This document shows positions 55,201 through 64,000 of a DNA stretch of 64,000 nucleotides, piece after piece (position 1 is the stretch's first letter; the number at the start of each line of letters is the position of its first letter). Source of the DNA: the human T2T-CHM13v2.0 reference genome, Homo sapiens; NCBI RefSeq assembly GCF_009914755.1, contig NC_060940.1; one strand, 5' to 3'. The notes below the pieces were generated by a model, which ran no database searches, was not told the origin of the DNA, and worked only from the letters and a program-made list of their open reading frames with translations. The translations under genes were made by a program, and so were the position numbers.

Positions 55201-58200
55201 TGGGCCCGAGCCGGACGCAGTGCTCGGCTGTGGCTGGGTGTGGCTCCCCGGGCAGCCAGTTCTGGCAGCTCTCCAGGCTGAAGGCCTCGCCCTGCGGCGC
55301 TGGGCCCACCTCCACCCCCTGCACAGTCGAGAAGCCGATCCACATGTCTAGGCTCCTGGGGGCGGGTGTGGGATGGCAGGGGGCTCAGGGCACTCCTCCA
55401 TCCTCCCACCCTCACAGCAGCCCGCTGGGAGCCCCGTCACTGTCCCCCTTTCCAGATGGGGAAACTGAGGCTCAGAGCCCGGAGAGCAGGGCCCACCAGC
55501 CCAGGCTCACAGCAGCACCCACCCACGGGGCCTGTGGGCACCGGCAGGGATCCCCGTGCAGGCCACCTCCCGTATGGCGTGCCCAGGAGTGTCCGGAGGC
55601 TGCCCCCAGCTCGCGTCCACCTCTGCATCTGCAGAGCTGACAGGAACGGCCCCACCGGCCGGCGCCACCTGCTCACCAGGGCCGGCCCAGCTCCCACCTC
55701 CCTCCTCCTGAGACTCCCCAGCCGCAGGCTCTGCCCCACTGCTTCAGAGATCTCCCAACCTATGGCCCCTCGGGGGGTGGGGCAGGCACCTGGTGACCCG
55801 GGAGACCAGGAAGCGCTGCACGGCGGGACTGTCCACCATTGCCAGGGTGGCCCCGGCCCAGGCCCGACACTGCTCCTGCGCCTGCAGCCAGGCCGCCTTC
55901 TCCACCACCAGGCGGTAGCAGTGCCCATTGCCAGAGAAGATCTCCGTGTCCGAGGGGCAGAGCGGGTGCACCGCTGGAGACCGGTGGGAACGAGGGTGTC
56001 AACGGTCAGTGTGGGCCCAAGACGGGGGTACCAGGCTCTGCCCCATCTGGATGGCCCTGGGGAGGAAGGGGAGTGGGCAGCAGACACTCACCTCGGGCCG
56101 GCTCCTCGCCCAGGGCCACGATGCTGTAGGCGGCCTCCAGGCCTGAACCACCGCGGTTCTGGATGCTGAGGTCGAGGCTCTCGTCACTCTGCACCGAGGA
56201 CGGGCACACGAGCTCCAGGGCGGCAGGTGCCGCTTCCACCTGCACGTCTGTCCCCAGCAGGGCTGAGCCGGTCCCCAGGGCCAGCACGGCCGTCACGTGA
56301 TAGCGCCCAGGCAGCACATAGCGATGCGAGGCAGCCGGCCCAGCGGCATCCACCTCGGGGGAGCCGTCTCCGAAGTCCCAGCGTGTGGCAGTGACAGGGA
56401 GCGGGGCAGCGATGTGGAAGGCTGCTAGCTGGCCGGAGGCCAGGGGTCCGTGGGGCCCCACCAGGGTGGCCCCTGGGGAGGCAGGGAAGACGTGCTGGAG
56501 GAGGGTGGGGCCCCTACAGGTGGGGGCAGGAGGCGGCGGGGGGCCGGAGCAGAGGGACAGGCAGGCGAAGGAGGCACTGGAGGGCTGGGCTGACCCACAC
56601 AGGCACCAGCCCTGCTCGGAGAGGGCTGCGAGGCCCTGGCCGGTGGAGAAGCAGAAGGCGCTGCAGGCCTCTGGCTGAAGCAGGCCTTCGTGGGCAGCTG
56701 AAAAGGACACTGCTGCCACGGTGCCTGAGCTGTTGTCAGGGAGGCAGGCGACATACTCCTCACCTAGAAGAGGCAGCCACTGGACCCCGGGTTCTGCTCC
56801 TCCTGGCTCCACCCCACACCCCCCCATCCGCCCGCCGCACTCACAGGCTCCCATGCTGTTCCCTTGGCCCGGAGGCCCCCCCCAGAGAGGCCTTCCTGAG
56901 CCCTGCCCAGTGTCTGCAGGGCCCAGGTCCCACCTGGCTGGGAAGGACAGAGCTGCCCCACCCACCGGCACTCACCACAGCCACTGTCCAGCAAGGGGAT
57001 GCCAAGCAGAGGCTGGCCAGCCAGGGAGCCAGGCCCAGCACACGTGGCTGCCTCGGGCTGCACCACCCGCACCTGCTGCTCCTCCGCCCATCGCGGCAGC
57101 CACGCCAGGCCACAGTCACACTCAAACGGGTTCCCACTCAGGTTTCTGCGGGGCAGGGGCAGGTGTTGGGGACCAGGTCTGGTGGGAAGGGTCTATGCCA
57201 GCCCCCCACTGGCAACCAGGCCCTGGAGCCACCCTGACAGCACCGCCTCCCCTGCCCCAACCAAGCCGGCACTGGGGGGCTCCAAGCAGGTAGTGAACTG
57301 CCCCCAGGATCTGGTCTCAAGCCTGGAAGGGGACACGGACCAACTGGGAGGGCAGAAGGGATACTGGGGGCCTGGGGTCCAGCCAGGACCCCACCCAAAG
57401 AACCACAACTTACATTTCACTTAAATTAAATAAATTAGCAAATATTCCTTCTTCTAACGTAGAAATCTTGTTGTTGCTTATATCCCTGGAAGAGAGGGGG
57501 GATTCGGCAAAGCTGACGGAAGCCCCCACAGCTGAGCAGCAAGAGGCGGTGCCGCCAGCCCACCCGGAGTGAGCCCCGCATGCTGGCACGACTGGGGGAC
57601 ACTCACAGCTCTGCCAGCGCCGAGAGGTTCGCCAGGAGCCCAACGTCCAGCGCCCGGAGCAGGTTGTGGGAGACGTCTCTGAGGAGTGAGTGGCCGTGGG
57701 TCAGGGCCAGAGCCCTTAGTAGGCCAGAGGCCATCCCTGGGCCCATCCCACACATTGCCAGCATCCCCAAGCTATGGCCTCCCACCCTTGAGCTCCCCAC
57801 TCCCAGAGGTCAGGAGGGGCCTTTCTGATGGAAGACCCAAATGAACACTCATCTGGGGAAACCAAGCCGGGAGAGGCCTGGGGGCCTCAGCCCTCTGCAC
57901 CCATCTCAGCCCTATGCCGAGTGCCACCTGGACCTGTCCACCCAGGGCCAGGAAGGGCACGGACCCCCAACCCATCCCACGCAGGGCCAAGGCCCCCCAT
58001 CCCCTGTCCACAGTCCCCCACAGAGCCAAGGTCTCCCAACCCTGTCTACAGCCCCCACACAGACTCGAGGGGCCCCCATCTCCTGTTCTGAACCCAACAG
58101 GGTGGTCCCACTGTGGGACCACAACCAGGTATGACTGTGTGAGAAGCAGGCTCACTACCAGGCTACCAGGGAGCACAGCGGAGCAGGCGCCACCTTGAGG

Positions 58201-58249
58201 CATAAACCCAGAGAAACAAGACCTCCAAGACGGCCAGGCACTGGGGCAC

Positions 58250-61110
<2,861 letters not shown>

Positions 61111-63529
61111 TCAGAAGCCCCGGCTGTCCTCCACCTGGAACTGGACACAGCTGTCCCTGCTGAGCTTCAGCAGCCAGGGAGCCACAAGTGGAGAGGCACC
61201 TGCGTGAGCCCCCCAGGAAGGCTACTGGTGACACCCAGACAGCAACGCTCCTGGACCCTTGAACACCTGCCAGCAGCTGTGATCTGTGTCCTTCACCTCT
61301 CCCAGCTTGACCCCTCTTCCCTGGGGAAAACCCAGCCGTCTCCCCGAGGAGGAGTTTGCAGGGTAGACAGCAAAATGGCTGGGCTGCCCCACAGCACAGA
61401 GGGTGGCCTGGGGGGCCAGCCAGGGCCTTCACATCCTTCCTAGGGCCCTAGTTTCCCATGGGTCCCCTCACCCCACCTTCCAGAACTCTCCCAGCGGCGG
61501 CCCCAGGTGTGTACAGAACAGCACCCACCTGCCCACGAGGTCACCCTGTGCCCTGTTGCACACTTGAGGGGCCTGGCATTCGGAATCTTGCCAGCTCAGG
61601 CTGGGACAGGCCACCAACCCCCAGGGTCCCCCTCCTCCAAACCCCAGGACCAGAGCCTAAGAGGACAACACAAGGCAGGGGCGGGGGTTCCACTGCTGTG
61701 CCAAGGGCCTGGAGAACACGGGCCTTGCTCTCCGCTCAGCAGCCACCAGCGCCCTTCTCTCCCGGACAGCTCCCGAGGGGCTGCTCTCATGGACACCATC
61801 AGGTGCTGGGAAGCAGGAACCACCAGGACCTGGACAGAGTCCCCAGTGACCGGCCTGGCAGACAGAGGAGCCCTCAGCTACAGCATCACAAACAACGGGT
61901 GGGGTAGGTCTGATGCAATTCTGTGGGTGCTGTTGCCAGGCAGGAGGAGGCCATCTCCACAGAGACAGCCGCGAGACACACGCGTCCGCAGTCAGGGAGC
62001 GCAGGAGCAATGTGGCCCCGAGGGGCACGGGCTCCATTGGTCCAGGAGAACCCATTCTTCTCCCACCCTCGAGACCACCCAGCAAAGCCCCAAGGACACA
62101 CGGCTCCCCTAAGGAAGGGTGGCCACAGGCGGGAGTGACCCAGAAACGTTACAAAACCAAATGCCAGAACCCACCCAATGTTTAGAAAGCCTGGGGATGT
62201 GCCACGTCCCCCAGGGATCCAGCACGCACCCAAAGAGACACTGTCCCGGCGAGGAGCCTGGAGCCTGGGAAATACAAGGCATCAGACTGGTCCCAAGACT
62301 CTCCCCAGCGCTGGGGACAACTGTCTGCTTATCTTAGTCCCCTGCGCCCTTTTCAATCCAACCCTGGGTCCTGGGCACCTCATAGTTCCAAACCCCTGCT
62401 ATGCACATCCCGGCTGTGATGCCTGGGACAGGTCCTGTCCTGGCTGTGATGCCTGGGACAGGTCGTGTCACCTCTCCAAACCTGTTTCCTCATCTGTGAA
62501 ATGCAAATCTCCACGGTCCCTATGCCTCGGATGGTCAGAGTCAGGATTCCGCATGACGACCCCCAACAGGAGCCTGGCACAGACCTGGCTCTGGGCAGCG
62601 TCTCCATAAAGGCCACCTGTTGTTTTTATCTCCCGAAAGCGAACATGACAAGGCTTTAACCCCCCACGGCAATCCGCCCTCACCCCTGTTCTCAGGATAG
62701 CCTTGGAACCCAATAGCAGAGCGCCTGAGGCCCTTCATGACCCCAGCCCACCCGCGAGCCCACCTCCCACCCTGCCCCTACCCCTCACACCTCCCGTGGC
62801 CAGCCTCCAGCCTCACGGTCTTTGCTCACACCGTTCACCCCCCTTCTTCTGGACCCACCTCATCGCCCCTTCCTAAGCATCAGCCCAATTCTTGCACATC
62901 CATCAAATCCTTGTCCAGACACCTCCTGGAACTCTTCCCTGCAGCCCCCTACAGCCATCCCCATCTCTCCGGGTACCCCGCAGCCCCAGGCCGAATCCCA
63001 ATTCCTCTCCAATTAGCGACTGTTTGTCCTCCCAGCTGAGCGCGGCCTCCGCGCCCCGCCCCCGCTGGCGTCCGCAGAGCCCCCGGGTGGGACGTCTGTC
63101 TCCAGACCCGGGGTTTTTCGGCTCCCCGGGGCCGTGCCAACCGCGGCTCCAGGCGTTCCTTATTTAGCAGGGCCGCTGTGCCGCGCCGGAGCCTCGCCCT
63201 GGGAGCGTCCTGGCCCGCGTCCTGCTTCCCGTCCCGGGCCAGGGAACGCGCCCACGCCCGCCCGTCCCGCGGCCTCTCCCGGGTGCCGCTGGGCCCGCTA
63301 CTCACAGCGCTGTGGCGTCCGCGGGGATGCGCAGCGCGGGACCGAGCGTCCGCAGCCCGCGGCCCGCGGCCCGAGCAGTTGACGCGGCAGGCGGCGCCGG
63401 GCGCTAGGCCGCAGAGGCAGGGGGGCTCGCAAGGCCCGCAGCCGCGCCCGGGGCCCCCCGCCAGCGCCCCGAGCCACAGGCCCAGGCCCAGGGCCAGCGC
63501 CAGGCGGGCGGGCGCGGCGGGCGGCATCG

Positions 63530-63614
63530 TTAGGGCAGCGCGCGCATGGCCCCGCCGTCCCCAGGCCCGCCCGCGCGCGGAGGCCGCGGCTCAGGCGGGG
63601 CCGGCGGACGGCAT
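63530..63614 (-). promoter_or_regulatory. Two PKD1 5'-UTR uORFs: MPSAGPA* (63591-63614) and MRALP* (63530-63547)
   Basis: ATG...TGA and ATG...TAA read directly; the second ends 2 nt before the main ATG. Confidence 0.7.
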
Positions 63615-63899
63615 GGCGGGCGCGGGGCTGGATGGGGCTGCGGCCGCGACCTGCTGCTGAGCGACGCCCGCTCGGGGCTCGGGGCCAGGCCGCTCCGGGA
63701 GCTCGGCCGCCCGCTCGGACGTTGGCGCTGCAGTGCGGGCCCCGCCGCGGCTCCTCCTCCTCCTCCCCGCGCGGCGCAGGGCGGACGGGGCGAGGGGGGG
63801 CGGGGCGGGTGCAGGCTCCGCCCCCTTCGCCACAGCGCGACCGGGCCAGCGATGAGGGACTGGCATCCGGAGGCTTCACCCTCCGCTCCACAGGGTCGG

Positions 63900-63993
63900 C
63901 AGCAGGGCGGGGCCTCCGGAAGCTCCGCCCCACGCTTTCCCGGGGCGCATGCGACGTGGGGCGGAGCGTCTGGAAGCTCCGCCCGTCGCACTG
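63900..63993 (-). ncRNA. MIR3180: MIR3180 precursor
   Basis: Minus strand CAGTGCGACGGGCGGAGCTTCCAGACGCTCCGCCCCACGTCG...TGGGGCGGAGCTTCCGGAGGCCCCGCCCTGCTG contains recalled miR-3180-5p and -3p. Confidence 0.88.
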
Positions 63994-64000
63994 TAGAGTC

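Larger units (their letters stand above)
63040..64000 (-). promoter_or_regulatory. CpG island / TATA-less PKD1-type promoter and 5' UTR
   Basis: Very high GC and CpG content around exon 1; multiple GGGCGG Sp1/KLF boxes (about 63798-63965); NRF1-like GCGCATGCG at 63945-63953. Confidence 0.85.

Overview
Human (great-ape-type) chromosome 16p segmental-duplication DNA from the PKD1-pseudogene/NPIP (LCR16a) mosaic. Nearly all genes lie on the minus strand. In transcriptional order (right to left): (1) a CpG-island promoter with MIR3180; (2) PKD1 pseudogene copy B (exons 1-33, 63527-36798), with an exon-1 7-nt duplication, nonsense codons in exons 8, 18 and 23, a 4.3-kb deletion removing most of exon 15 and all of exon 16, and truncation inside exon 33; (3) an intact NPIPA gene (8 coding exons, 369 aa, plus an alternative, internally duplicated signal-peptide first exon); (4) an isolated PLA2G10 exon-3 fragment on the plus strand; (5) PKD1 pseudogene copy A (exons 2-21 visible, no exon 1, joined through an Alu). 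The window also holds two MIR6511A mirtrons, MIR6770, a MIR4516-like hairpin, the intron-21/22 polypurine tracts and many Alus. The layout fits the PKD1P4-NPIPA9-PKD1P5 locus, but paralog numbers cannot be proven from this window. The most interesting leads are inferences: copy-B exons 24-31 (GPS-TM1-PLAT-TM2-TM3) are fully open and phase-compatible with NPIPA exon 2; the deletion junction creates a possible in-frame chimeric exon; and promoterless copy A keeps about 1,410 open ectodomain codons. Exon boundaries were read by hand from GT/AG signals; reference exon sizes and PKD1 codon numbers are from my recall of PKD1 and should be verified.
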